64,000 bases of DNA from Trichoplax adhaerens (taxonomy: Eukaryota; Animalia; Placozoa). This document shows positions 1 through 14,327 of the stretch, piece after piece. Position numbers and translations under genes: made by a program. Location of the stretch: the NCBI RefSeq assembly GCF_000150275.1, contig NW_002060944.1:5026123-5090122 (forward strand), read 5' to 3'. How positions within the stretch are numbered: position 1 is the first letter of the stretch; each line of letters begins with the position of its first letter. A model generated the notes under the pieces. It did not search any database and had not been told where the DNA came from. It was given only the letters and a program-made list of their open reading frames with translations.

Positions 1-416
1 ACACAAATATATCAGCAGGGTATGGGATTTATAATGGCTAACGTCTACATTAGTCATAGATTTACATTAAGAAAAAGTAACAAAATCTTAAATGTTGAAA
101 TACAAGTATAAGATCACGCTATCAATACTGGTGTCGGTAAATGCTCGTATGTATACTGTACAGCACTGTACAACAACATACAGTAGTAACATTATCATTT
201 CATTACGACAACCTGTAATGCTCCATCTATAAGATTAATAAGAATAACTCTTGTTAGTTCAACGCTTTATGATTATATACATTGCTTCGATCGAATTAAG
301 TTAAATAAGTTGGATTACTGTGGAAAGATTACTTATTACTCTGCAGTCAAAGATTAACACGTAACATAAAGTTTATGTGTAGGAAGATCGATACATTTAC
401 AGAACAAGCTCCCAGT

Positions 417-3400
417 ATGTTATCATGTCAACAATCTCTTCCTCATTTACCTGTACCACAGCTTCACGAAACATTGGCGAGATATTTACGTTCATTACAG
501 ACACTGATAGATGATAATGAATACGAATCAAACAAACGAATCGTTCAAGAATTTGGCCGAGCTGGAGGTGTAGGAGAGAAATTAACAAGAATAATTCAAG
601 AAAAAGCAAAAACACATGACAATTGGGTAAACATCGTACAATATATCGTGTGAAAAACACATGTAGTTATGGTTTAAAACTGTCAATAAAGCATAGCGTG
701 AACTAAACATTGTTGTTGTTGTTTACATTACCCCCAAAACATAACACTCAGCTTTCCTTCTCTAGCAATTTAAGTAAAATGTTAAGCCTATAACCGAATA
801 ATTAGAGTAATGTAATAACTGAGTAGTATGCTATATCTATTAAACCATTGATCAGCTACTTTCATGATACTCAATGCTGTATCCCTCAAATATTTATTTT
901 TATTTTATTAAAGTTGTACGATTGGTGGGAGCATAGTGTTTATTTGAATCAACGGAGTTCTGTTTGTCTGAACAATAGTCCAGCATTTTTATTCCCGAAA
1001 CGCTCATTTCGAGATAGGGGCCAGCAAATTAAGTAAGTAAATGTATTAAAATAAATACAACCCATACGTAACTAGCCTTGACTAAATACATATATTCTTC
1101 ATTTTATTTATAGTGTAATTAATATTCATACAGTATCGAATCGGACTTTAAATATTGCATCAGTAGCTATAACTTCTTAATATGACACTAGTATGAGTCT
1201 TGTACTTCATTGGATTTTCGTGAATAACGAAGATCGATATACATAAAATTACTTGCTTTTATTCCAAATGATAGCCTTGATTTCTTCTTATACAGATTTG
1301 CCGCTAAGTTGATCATAAGTATCGTCGAATTTTATTACAAAATCAAAAGGTTAGTTCAATTTTTTGCTTAGAACTTGTGATCGAGCTTGGATAGGACTAA
1401 GTAATTATTGAGATTCCATAAAAAGAGATGCCGCCATATTTGAGAAGTATTGCAGCACTCTCGATTAAATCAACGACTAAAATAGTTATTAGTAAAAAGT
1501 AAATATTTGATAAGTTACATTAGACGAATCCTAGCAGCTGTCATGATAGAATCAGCATACGCTATATAGTATCACTCAACTGAAACTGAGTTTAATAACT
1601 ATGTTTGTACGATAATTATATTTAATTACTAGCGGGGATCTACCTGTGGATAAAATTAGTAATCAGCCAGCATGTATGATGCAGTACAATAAAATATTCT
1701 ATTCCTGTCGCATTCCGGGAAAAACTGTCGATAGTATTGCTCAATATTCTCCAGAATGCGGGCAGCCAGACTTTATCGCTATAGCACATAATAATCACGT
1801 AAGTACAAGCTACAAATAGTAATACTATGACTTATGCCAAAGGTTACTACAGATTATTACTCTTTATCATATAATGTATAGCAATATTTATAATTCTTTT
1901 GGATAGTTTTTTGCGATCGAGGTAGCGAAAAACGATCAAATCTACAGTCGAGAGACGATTGAACAACAGCTTAGTTATGTATTTCAAAAATCATCGAGGC
2001 CTGTACAGCCTATTGGTGTGCTAACAACATCAGATCGAGATTCATGGTTCAAGTCTTATGAGCTATTGATGAAAGGTGGAAACACAGACATACGTATAAC
2101 TAATAAAAACTGCTACTGTCATAGTAATATACGATGTAATCCTGATGCTCGACTTCTATAATGCCACTCTATAGATGTATTCTAAATGTTAATTATACTT
2201 ATTCCATAGATCAGACAAATGCTCAGTCAATTAAGAAGATTCAAAAATCGATGTTTATGTTATGTTTCGATCAAAATAATTCTGGTTTAAATACTGTACG
2301 ATCGCATCTCTTCTTGGATGATGGAGATGGTAGCCGCAATGCTTCATATGGACAAATGCTGCATGGAGGGGGTAGTACAAAAAATTCAGCCAATCGTTGG
2401 TTCGATAAGACCCTGCAGGTAAGTATTTTCTTTAAAGTTAAATAGAATTAAATTCGCCCGTATTTTGGTATTAAACTATTCAATATTAATTTATAGTTTA
2501 TAATAAACTCTAATGGCGATAATGGTTTAATTTATGAACATTCGGAATGCGATGGAGCGCCAGTCCTGAATTTGGTCGATTACATGCTTTCTCGGTGGTA
2601 AATAGAATATGCAAGATATTCAGTAAATGATAATCAATCACCATTTAATTATTTATTGAAGAATTGATATAATTAAAAAGCCTTTTTAAGATTTTCGTAT
2701 TTGATTACGGTTATAATAAACAATGTGTATGTTATTTAATAATAAGTACTGAGTCTTATTGCTTTATATTCTAGTGATAATATGACTAAAAATGAATATA
2801 AAGACACCGGTAGTAATAATGTCGCTGTAAAAGATTTAAATTTCAATATAAGCAGTAATATCATCGGGCCTATCAAGGGTTCTATTCTGAAGATTGATAA
2901 GTACGTTGTATTTGTAGAGATGTATCGCTGAATATGGAAAGTTTAAGAGCTCATGAATTATATGCTTTACTACTACTTTATTTAGACTGATTACCAACTT
3001 GAATTTGCGATCAATTAATTTTAAAGATTTTGGCGAAAACTTTATAACATCGCAATCTTTGAGTCCTGATAGTTTCTTTCAAATAGCAATGCAAATAGCA
3101 TTCTTCAGGTGAGACTTTCATCTGCCTAAATTACAATCCATTATAGAAATTAGCAATAGCAAAGTATCGTATAAAGGAATACTTCATCTGTAATATAATA
3201 TTAATGCTTTCCAATGTGCATTAGAATTCATAATCGGATAGCCTGTGCACACCAAATTGTATCAACTAGGCTATATCTTCTTGGTCGAACTGAAACTATA
3301 CGCCCTAGTACACTGGAAGCTAAGGCTTTTGCTGAAGTAGCTTTTTCTAATAATGTCGAAGTAACTAGATCATAGCTTGTTAAGTTGTTTTACTTTAGTA

Positions 3401-4037
3401 TGCCACTCTGTTAATTAAAATCAATATTGTTAACCTTTTAAATGAAATACTGCACCTTATTAGATATCAGTAAAACGTAACTTGTTAAAGCAAGCAGTTA
3501 TGGTACACGAAAAATTCAAATCAAAAGTAAAATGAATACATATTGCCCTTAAATTATTTTTAAATTGCCCATGTCGGCAATATGATGTATGATATTTTTT
3601 GCAATTGCAGGCTAATCAGGGGCAGGGTTGGGATAGACACTTTTTAGGAATGCAGATGGCAGCCAAAGAAAACCTATCTAAAATGCCGAAGTTGTTTACA
3701 AGTTCAGGATTCATTAGGAGTTCTTATGTTGAATTATCGACAAGCCAGGTAATTATTTAAAATTAATTCGATAGCGCGATTAACTAAATGGTAAGAAATT
3801 TTTATTGACAAGGTTCATGTTATTTATTATTAGATACCTTTTAAGCATCAAGTATGTTCGAGTGCTGCTCCCGTGAACCTAGATTGCTATAACGTTGGAT
3901 ACAACTTATTTCCCGGCAATATCCTATTTGTTTGTACATCTTTTAATGATTCCACAGCAACAAATCTCTTGGACTTTGTGGAAGTTTTGCAATTAAGTCT
4001 AGCAGAAATGAAGACAATTTTGATCCAAGAAAAATAA
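417..4037 (+). CDS. Carnitine O-acyltransferase family protein, paralogue A (multi-exon; divergent substrate pocket)
   Basis: Spliced exons give SLPHLPVPQLHETL, LYDWWEHSVYL, CRIPGK, NRWFDKTLQ, YEHSECDGAPV (catalytic His), SPDSFFQIAMQ, GRTETIR, GWDRHFLG and ELSTSQ, ending IQEK* (TAA 4035-4037). GT-AG introns. Start Met uncertain (417, or 375, or an upstream exon). Confidence 0.9.
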
Positions 4038-5793
4038 TTAAAAAAAAAGATTTACGAATTACATTTTACGGTGCAGTATCGGATCATTGTTAGTTTCGTT
4101 AGTCTATACGTGAAAATAATTTAGTAAGCAATCTCGGATTTGTAGCGTTATAAGTGGTTTTATCAATAACTGGATTTTTAATTCAATTAATTAATTAATT
4201 TTATCGAAAATGGTAAAGATTACGTATAATTTCTAACGTTTAATTTATTACTAATAAATAATGTCGACTGAAGATATAGTTTTTATGCTTTATGCAGTTA
4301 ACTTCATTCATGTTGATGTAATTTCCATTGTGTTAAGCTAGTGAAAATTAAAAAATTCAATACATTAATAAGTTGTTATCGAAATTTGCTTGTAATGTTG
4401 ACTTTGTATTTTAAGTACCGTAATTACGGGCTATTTGAATACTATTTGAGTAGATTTTACTAATTTATGATAAATTTAGTTTTAAAGCTATCAGGCTAAA
4501 CCGAGGAAGCTATAATTAGTGCGTGGTCTGTAATTCATCAAGTTAATGAATAAACTATCACTTTCTCTATAAATCACATCCCGAAGTTGCATATTAATTA
4601 ATGGGTTATGCAATTTACTATTTACTGTATTATACTGAAATGGCATGTGCTCAAATCGAACTTTTTTCTCGAAATCTCGTAGTGTAGTGATTCATACGAT
4701 TAAAAATTGCTTCCAGTCTTTTAATTTGGAGATTTATTTCTTTAATTAGATAAATAGATTTTTACGCAACTTTAGTGACTGTCTTACATACTAGGCAATA
4801 TGCAATACCCTTATATCGGTATTACTCATGTTCATTCCAGTGTTTTACTAGTACATATCTAAGAAATACAATTTTGATGCATGCAATAAATTATGGGCAA
4901 CAAAACATTCACTGCTTAACGTTCTTTGAACCAAAATTTAGCAGTAAGGCTATATAAACTAAAATGATACCAAAGTCGATGTACTACAGAATGTACAAAA
5001 TATCAATTTTGATTTAAAAATTTCTATTGTTATCAGAAGCGAGTAATGAGACTCGATGAACAAGGCAGCTACTTGAGTAGCTTTCTTTATTTTAACTGAA
5101 ACGCAGTAAATAGTGAAAGAGACCACTCGAGATTTATGCTTATGAGTCTATATTTCATAAGAGATAAGAGATGCTTGCAAATTAATTCATTAATGATGTG
5201 TAGCAGTGAATCACTTTCGTAAAGATTGTACCATTATAGCTTGCGTTAGCTAAATATCATCTAAATTGATTATAAGGCTAAACAAAGCGGTAAAATAGTA
5301 AAATATGAACTTGGAATTATTTCGCTCTAAGTGTCAAAATAGAAACTAGTTTTGACCTTATGTCGAAAAATCTTATATCACAAAAACTATTCAAGCACAA
5401 AACATTGGCTTTTGAGTACAGCACTTTGCTATAGTACTGTGTATACTATTGCAAGAAAATTTTGATAACTAGCTACAAGTGTATTGAATTTTTGATTTTC
5501 ATCATTTTAACATGTTGGCAATTACATCAATATGAATGAAGTTGACAGCAAAAAACAATAAAATTATATCTTCCATTCAACATTATTATCAACAATAAAT
5601 TAAAGTTTTCGAAATTATACGTAATCGTTACCATTTTCGGTGAAATTAATTAATTAAATTCATTGCCCTATTATTGGTTAAGGCCTAAGAAAATCTATGC
5701 ATTCGAAATCGTCTTCAAATCACCTTCGCGCAGGTTAATGAAAAAAGTTAATAATTTGATACTGGAAATGCAAAATACAAAATCGTGTTGAAA

Positions 5794-8700
5794 TTAAGTT
5801 TCTTGGGTCAGAATTTTCTTCATTTCTGCTAGACTTAATTGCAAAGCTTCTGCAAAGTCCAGGAGATTTGTTGCTGTGGAATCGTTAAAAGTTGTACAAA
5901 TGAATAAGATATTGTCAGGAAGTAAATTATATCCAATACCGTAACAGTCGGAGTTTACTGGTCCAAAGCTCATACAAATTGGATGCTTAAAAGGTACCTG
6001 ATAATAGATAACGCGAACACAATTAATCAAACATATAACCTAACTATTATTCGACTAAAATCTTACGTATTTATGCTTTAGTTACCGCCATTATCGTATT
6101 TTACTAATAACCTGGCTTGTGGACAACTCAATGAAGAAACTCTTAACGAATCCTGAGCTTGTAAACAATTTTGGCATTTCAGATAGATTTTCTTCCGCTG
6201 CCATTTTCATTCCCAGAAAGTGTCTATCCCAACCCTGGGCTACATTGGCCTGCAATTGCAGAAAAGGGCAACAAGGTTATGCATGCTAGTTAAATCTAAC
6301 TGCTGATAAAAAGAGTCAATATAACATAAGCAGTCACAGTTTTTTGTTCGTATACCTCTGACGCAAGTTTTTTGTGTGCCACAATTGCTTGTTTTAATAA
6401 GTCACGCTTTACAGAGACCTAATAAGATGTAGTTTCAAGTTTTAAGGTAATAGCATTTTTATTTAACAGAACCGTACAACTACAGCACAATATACAGTGA
6501 ATCGACTTTGTTATATTCACAGTTGCATTTGCAACATATGCAAAATAATAAAGTAGGAAATACCTCAATATCATCAGAAAAGGCTGCTTCTGCAAACGCC
6601 TTAGCTTCAAGTGAAGCAGAACGTATAGTTTCAGTTCGACCAAGAAGATATAGTCTAGTTGACCCACTTTCATACGTGGAAGCCATCCTACTATGAATCC
6701 TAATACATGGCGTAATATTAAAGATAAATTATTCCTTTATACAATACTTTGTTCATACTATTTCCTATAATAGATCGCAATTTTGGGTGATCCCTTTCTT
6801 ACCTGTAGAATGCTATTTGCATTGCCGTTTGAAAAAAACTATCAGGACTCAGAGATTGCGATTTTATGAAATTTTTACCATAATCTTTAAAATTGAGTGA
6901 TCGTAAATTCAAGCTGGTAATCAGTCTAGATGAAAATAATAGTAAAGCAGATAATTTATGAGCTCGTTATCTTTCATATCCAGCTATACATTGCTTAGAT
7001 ATAACATACTTATCAATCTTCAGAATAGAATCCTTGATAGCCGTTATAGTATCATTATCTACATTGAAATTTAAGTCTTTTACAGCAACAGTATTACTAC
7101 TGGTGTCTTTGTACTCATTTTCAGTTATATTGTCACTAGAATGGAAAATAGAAAGTTTGCAGTATTAAAGGAGTTAGGAATATAGGTAATTAGAAACTTG
7201 AATAAATAGAGATCTCAATATGACTTCTTAATTGTCATCAATTGTTCAACAGTTAAATGATGATAGATTATCTTTTATTGAAACTCTACGTATATTTACC
7301 ACCGAGATAGAATGTAATCGACTAAATTCATAACTGGTGTTCCATCGCATTCCGAATGTTCATAAATTAAGCCATTGTCACCATTAGAGTTTATAATAAA
7401 CTGTAAATTAACATTGAATAGTTTAATATTGAATATGCTCTTAAGTTAATTTAAATTAATGACAATACTTGCCTGTAAGGTCTTATCGAACCAACGATTG
7501 GGTGTATTCTTTGTACTACCTCCTCCATGCAGCATTTGTCCATATGAAGCATTGCGGCTACCATCATCATTATCCATGAAGAGATGTGACTGTACATTAT
7601 TTAAACCAGAATTATCTTGATCAAAACATAACATGAACATCGATTTTTGAATCTTCTCGATCGACTCAGCGCTCATCTGATCTGTAAAGTACAGCAAAAT
7701 TGATATTTATTATCTGGGGTACCATCAACAGCCTGGCATTGTATTGCATACTACGATTAGAGTAGCAATTTTTATTAATTATACGTATGTATGAGTATTC
7801 ACCTTTCATCAACAGATCATATGACTTGAACCATGAATCACGATCTGATGTTGTTAGTACACCAATTGGCGGTGCAGGCCTCCATGATTTTTCAAATACA
7901 CAATTAAGCTGTTGTTCAATCATCTCCCGACTGTAAATTTGATCGTTTTTCGCTACTTCGACTGCAAAAAACTATCCAAAGAAAGATAATTATTTGGTAT
8001 AAATATACGATATACTGATGTAAGCTTATATCGAAAAGTAGTAATCATATTTACGTGATTGTTATGTACTACAACGATAAACTCCGGCTGTCCAGGTTCT
8101 GGAGAACATTGAGCAATACTATCGGCAGTTTTTCCAGGAATGCGACAGGAATAGAAAAGTTTTGTGTACTGCACCATACACACGGGGTGCTTACCGCTTT
8201 TATCCACAGGTAGATCCTCGCTGATGTATAATTGTAAATATCATGCAAACAGAAAGATTGTATATTCATTTTCAATAATGGATACAGACTACATAGAATA
8301 AGAGCTTCTTGAAGATGGTAGTTGCAATCTATCGATTAGTATATTCTGCAGAGAAGAAGTATTAACTTTAATTGTATCAAAGTGGCAACTAAGATTTATC
8401 GATTGCATTTTATCAGATATTCACTGCTTAATAATAAGTTATCCATTAGTTTAATTGAGTTTCCGTTATTCTATAAAAGTAATCATATTTATTGTGGTGC
8501 ACAATGACCTAATGTTATAGAACGTAATCACAAACTTTAAACAAAATGGAACTAACCCCTTGATTTTATAGTAAAATTCGATTATAGCTATAATCATCTT
8601 GGCGGCAAATCTATAACACGAATCAAGGTCGTTATTAATGACAGAGACAAGCAGTTTACGGTAAATTCATCCATATAACTAAACATGAAATTGAGCGAAA

Positions 8701-9499
8701 TAAAAAAATATTTTAAAATATTGATAATATAATATGAAAACTAATGACATCCAATGTTAAATTTATGTTTAAAGTTTGATCAGATAGGAATATTTAGGTA
8801 AGGTTGAGCAGTGATAAGTAGCGATAATTAATTAGATCAACTTTCATTGCATTTACTCACTCAATTTGCTGGCTCTTTTTTCGAAATGAGCGTTTCGGAA
8901 ACAGAAATGCCGGACTGGTATGTACACATATGGGATACCGTGGATCCAGGTACTCGCTCTTCATCCACCAATCGTGTAACTGGTATAAAAGATGAATAAA
9001 TATTAGAGGAATAGAGCATTTTAATTACTAAAGAAATGGAAGGTCAAGTTCCTCATCAAATATCACATCCAGTTCAGTCGTTATATTTACCACTACAATT
9101 CCTTGCACACATAAGTTTTACTTAATTAGTATTGCAGAAGAGAAACTGAATACTAACTATATCGCACTTCACCGTAGATAATTGCAAGCACATTGCATTG
9201 GTAGTCTATTTCATTTACTCTTTAATGGTCGAGCTTTAAACGTATAGTATTATCTAATACAGTATAGCATACTATACGATTCTTACCCAGCTGTCGTGTG
9301 TTTTTGCTTTCTGTTGAATCATCTTTGTTAATTTGTCTCCTATTCCTCCAGGTTGACCAAATTCCTTAACAATATTTTCATTTGATTGGTATTCATTATC
9401 ATCTACTAGAGCTTTTAATGAACGCAAGTACTTGGTTAACGTTTCTTGTAGTCGTGGTACAGGTAAACGGGGAAGAGATTCTTGATGTGCTAGCATCAT
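5794..9499 (-). CDS. CRAT: Carnitine O-acetyltransferase-like, paralogue B (multi-exon)
   Basis: SLPRLPVPRLQETL, NRWFDKTLQ, YEHSECDGTPV, STYESGSTRLYLLGRTETIRS, GWDRHFLG, ELSTSQ and CMSFGPV. Intron positions match paralogue A. TET and DRH motifs are carnitine-type, not choline-type (VDN/DNH). An upstream exon is possible. Confidence 0.85.
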
Positions 9500-11199
9500 T
9501 TTGTAGACCTATTTCGCAAAAATATCAATCGTATTCGATTTAATGTCATATCGTACTAAACGTTAAATTCTTCATTTGTACATGCAGTAGTGATACGCTT
9601 TCAAATCCTGCTTTAAAGTGGCAAACTTCATTATTTCTATCCACTTTATTTGGCAAGACAAGCCGTATTAATTGAGTGATTTGAAATCTTGACAGAAATT
9701 TCTATGTTGAGCACCGCAATAAGAGCTAATACGATATATCAATATTACTTGTAATTATTTGCTGACGGAGCGAGTTGATCAAATGAATTAAAGATTACAA
9801 TTTGGTTTCCGATCTATAACTTGGAGTAGTGAAGTAGTTGGTATCGTCGATTTCGTAGTGTACAGTATTTGTATTTTCGGAGGTAAAGCAATCCATAAGT
9901 TTACTGTACTATAGTTTTTTTCACAGCAGCGATTCTATCCGCTAGTATGCTGTATTAACAGGTATGAATTTATCTCATATTTTATTGATTAGTTGATAAA
10001 TGATGACAACAATTATAGCCACCATAGTAGTACGCTGTTATTGCACTATACAAACAATTGCATGGACGTTATAACCGAAATAGGGCTGAAAAAATGGTAA
10101 AATAAAACGATTTTATCCTAAATTATTTTCTATGATCAAGACTAGTATGGATCGATTACAGAGCGCTATCCTGTACGTATACTGCAAGAGACACTTAGTA
10201 CTTCAACAGTTCAAATTTTATTATGGAGTCCACCTTGGATCACAAATTAAAAATATAAATGCTCCTAAGAAGCAAAACTGTCTAATAAAGCTGCCAATAT
10301 TACATTTTTGTAATAATTTCGTTCGAAGGAATAGCTTGACAGCTATACTGTAGGTGCTCCGCATTGCTATTGCAATGGATATATTAAATCATCGCTGGCA
10401 ATTTATATAGTAATTGTTGTATTTTTATCATTTTATTGTTGAAACGAAGTGCTCTAAACTCGATAGGAGGCTAACTTATCCTTATTCATGTACTCATGTA
10501 ATGCTATTAGTCATTCAACGTATAATCAACGTCAGAACACATGGATGATTTACAGTGAAAAGTCATTAAAATCAGCCAGAAGACGAATAAAATGATACGT
10601 CGACATCAGCATGACCGTATTTGATATGATGAAAGCTTAGATCTGCAATTAATCCTATTCAGAAATTGCAATTTTTCTAAAGGGCTAAAGAGTATCCATA
10701 AAATTAAATTGGATCTATCACTGAATGGTAGTAATCGACAGATACGGATACTACATTCAAGATAGGTATTTGGTATGCAACTTTAATTCTAAAGTTATTT
10801 TGTAAGAATGGTTCAAAATGTACTGTAAATAATAAAATAAATGAAGTTGGTGTTCATGTAGAGCATGGCATGGCAGCGATCCTTTACTACTTTTTTTTAG
10901 GTAACCGATTCTACGCCTATACTATTGATATATTATCACTTTAATATTAAGCATATTGATTAACCTTATGGTTGATCCAGGCAGAGAAAAATTAACACTT
11001 GTTCAAAATCAACGTACGTAGGCTTGATAAGTTTGGAGGTTTTATCCAATTGAAAAATTCACCATCATGGCGAATTACTTTTTAGCAATGCATCATACTA
11101 CTGTTAACAAGAGACTGCCTCGTCCAAGGGTCAATATCTCATCTATTTTTGCTGTACGAAAGGATTTTACAAGATTTTTCAACACTTTTAAATCAATGA

Positions 11200-12900
11200 A
11201 TTAAGTCAGAAAATGACCACATCTACGATATAACTTGAAGTTGTAAATAACGCAAATGAATCTACCTAGACAGCTGTACAATCGGAGTATCTGATCGCTA
11301 GGCTGGCTATTTTTATGCTTTACTTTACCTTGTATCCAGTTGCAAGCACGCTGAGTATAATCTTTCAAGTGAAATGTGCTGTATAGATCGTTGTGATCAC
11401 TAGGCAATTTTGAACTGCAATAGCTATAACAAGTGAAAATATCTGGCGATGATCCAATCCTTTTACCGATTGATTGATTGATATACAAGGAGAAATGGAG
11501 GTTAAATGAAGGTAGTGTCTGCCTTGATGAATAGGAAATTTTAATTCATACGCAGTCTATTGACATAAAAGGCAACTTTCCATGTTGCTTCGGAATCGTG
11601 TCTACTCTATGCACAGTCTTGTATTAGTTTTTGCAGGTTAATATCGCGTTGTTGTACTCTACATGTGGAGGTGTATAGCACGCTAGATATGATGCAGCTT
11701 GAGTAAATAAATAAAAGGCAAAGATTCCATGCGATCTGGACGTTTTTTGTTGCCGATTCTATTTGTTTACTTTCCTGGATTTTATTAACAAATTGAATCG
11801 GTGCAAGTCGAGTTGCATACAGCCCAATCGAACTATGGATTAGTATTGCATTTGGACAAGAAGCGTTGCACTAAATGGTCCATAGTGACGATAGTGTGAT
11901 CCATTGTCGAGCTGCAGCCCAAACAAACAGTAATGGAAGAAATTTAGAAAGAGAAGAAATACAACTGACAAGGCAAGCAAAAGCATTCCTTTTACGGTAG
12001 TTGTAGTCTTGGTATGTGTACCAAGATACAAAAAATGATGATGAAATGGCATCAAATGAAGAAATCTGAGTTTGGGCTAGCAAATAAAGTAAAATGGGAT
12101 CAATAATAATTAATTAATCAGATCATTTGCAACAGGGTACAACACTCTCTCATTCATCAGTCATATTGGAACATTTTTAGCGAGACTGTATAGAGTCATG
12201 AACTCGATGCCCGTGATATAGTGAAAGTGTGAAAGATAGATTTTTGTCACGAGGTGATAGAGTACGAAAACGGCATACATGGACCGAATATTGGGAGTGA
12301 TTTTACTCTATCCAAGCCTTGGGATATGGTGATGATGATAGAGAAGTTTGCCCTACGAGAGATTACTAACTATAAAGAAATACACTAACTCTATGCTCTG
12401 TATACGAGCATTATTGTTATCCAGTTTTTTGTTTCTTTTTCCACTGTAGAGGCAGATGGAGTAATGCAGTTGGAAAAGTTTTATTCACTTTATTGTACTG
12501 TGAGTGCAAAGGGGGATAGCATGGACAACTGCATCTGGCATCGTTAAGGCATTCTTGTAATAAACCAGATGTGCTTAGCGGCGATAGTGACCAACTAATC
12601 GTCAAAGGCATGTCTACTTGTAGTAGCCCATTCTATTTATACACCTTAAGCTCCAATACTTCCCTCAAGTTGCTCCATCAATTTTGAAATACATCTACAA
12701 TTACAATAGTGCAACGAATGGGATAGGATGTGTTATCATCCAAGTATAAAATCCAGTCCATTGGCTAAATGCCTAGTCAATTTGCAAAATGCCATACATC
12801 TTGTATTATTAACCGATGGCAATGTTTTAATGCTAATGTTAAGTGTAGCAGTAAATGTCATAATCAGAGAGCTTGTAAAAATAAATAATAATTTTCATAA
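11200..12900 (-). pseudogene. Degraded class C GPCR (mGluR/CaSR-like) pseudogene
   Basis: Colinear frameshifted remnants on the minus strand: DAVVHAI (~12515-12535; cf. Venus-flytrap DAVYAxAHAL), YTYQD/TTTVKG (~12000; cf. YRDTPVVKS), FSATLLVQ (~11860; cf. YSALLTK), TCYSYCSSKLPSDHND (~11387-11434; cf. TxYAFKTRxxPxNFNE), FICVIYNFKLY (cf. TM7 CxFxPKxY). Many stops and frameshifts. Confidence 0.55.
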
Positions 12901-14327
12901 TCAGAATATTATCAATTCAATAATAACTACTTCAATGATAATAGTATCTCTAAATGTTTGGCAATTACTTCAGTAATTGCAAGTTACCTATGTATTGATT
13001 ATTTGAATTAGTCTATTATTATTAAAATCATCCAAGAAATAGAGATTTTCTGGGTTTTTTTTTAGTAATATTACTGCATGAAGAAAGATAATTTCTCTGA
13101 TTTATAAAGAAAGACGAATTCACTGATGGACGTGTTTTGCTATTTTTGCAGTTTGCGAACTGACTATAGCACTGTAGGTAAATCTACGCGTACAGTAACA
13201 CTAATCATCTTACTGCATTCATTAATTCATTCAATGTGGACATGATAACTGTAGATTACAGTAGTTGTAGATCTCTTGTAAGAATCTAAGACCACTTTTA
13301 CAATAACGAAGTAGAAAAATTAAGGTCGTAAAGTACTTGTCCGGATGCTAGTCGTGATTCTATAGTATGCGCAAACCGTACTGGTACGGACTACGAGTAG
13401 ATATAGCACAGTAGAAGGAATGAACGATATAGTAGCAGTAATTCAAACTTGCTTGAAGCAGAGATATTCAGTGTATTATTGTATAGGAACTGCATGTAAT
13501 TTACTTTTCCATGGTTATACGGTATGTTGATATTTACTTTTACATCAATGAGCGATTTTCTGATAGTATTTCTCTTATAATAGACGTCAAAAAAAGGCTT
13601 TAAAAACAACTTCGAAAAAATGAATTAATTGGAAGCTTTGTCAGCTTTCCTTCTAGCAGTCTGTAGAATTAACCTGAATGTCCGATGCGCATGCACAAGC
13701 CAAATTACCATGGTTTCCTTTCAACGCTATCTAATAACGTAAAGTTAAACGGAAATTGCTGCAAGCTCTTATGATTATCAAATCGATTCAATTATCCATA
13801 CAAGTATTCAAGGGTAGAAAATCACTGTAATTCACAATAATATACATGACTTCGTATACTGGAAATCGAAAACATACTACTAGGCTAAATTGACTCTTGA
13901 TACAGTAATCTTTTGCATCAAGCGGATACTTGGATGAATTTGTACTGCGTTGGAGTTATTGTCGATAAGATGCACTTTAATACGTACATATAGGAAGGAT
14001 AGTTATTCGGTTCTTAATTGTAAATGTATATCAAATTAGACAGTGGTACGCAATTTTTTTCAATATCTTATATGCGTACATGCAGGCTTTCACTTCTTTT
14101 CCTCTACGTTATGATCCGACAAACATCGGTAGTCGGTAGTTAGGTTGTTTAGCGTTCACTTGGACTCGATGATTGGTTTGCAGCAGATTGGCCATACTCA
14201 CCTTTTCTCCACTGCCACAATAATACAATAATTATTTTACTCTAATCGATTAGCAAAGAGTAATCAATTGCTCAGTAAATTAAAAAGTGATGCAAATATC
14301 ACTACATTGATTGGCAATCTCAAATAG

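Noticed and set aside
417-9499. Choline acetyltransferase / cholinergic locus
   Set aside because: Both copies have GRTET and DRH (carnitine-type) rather than ChAT GRVDN and DNH, and no nested VAChT ORF is seen.
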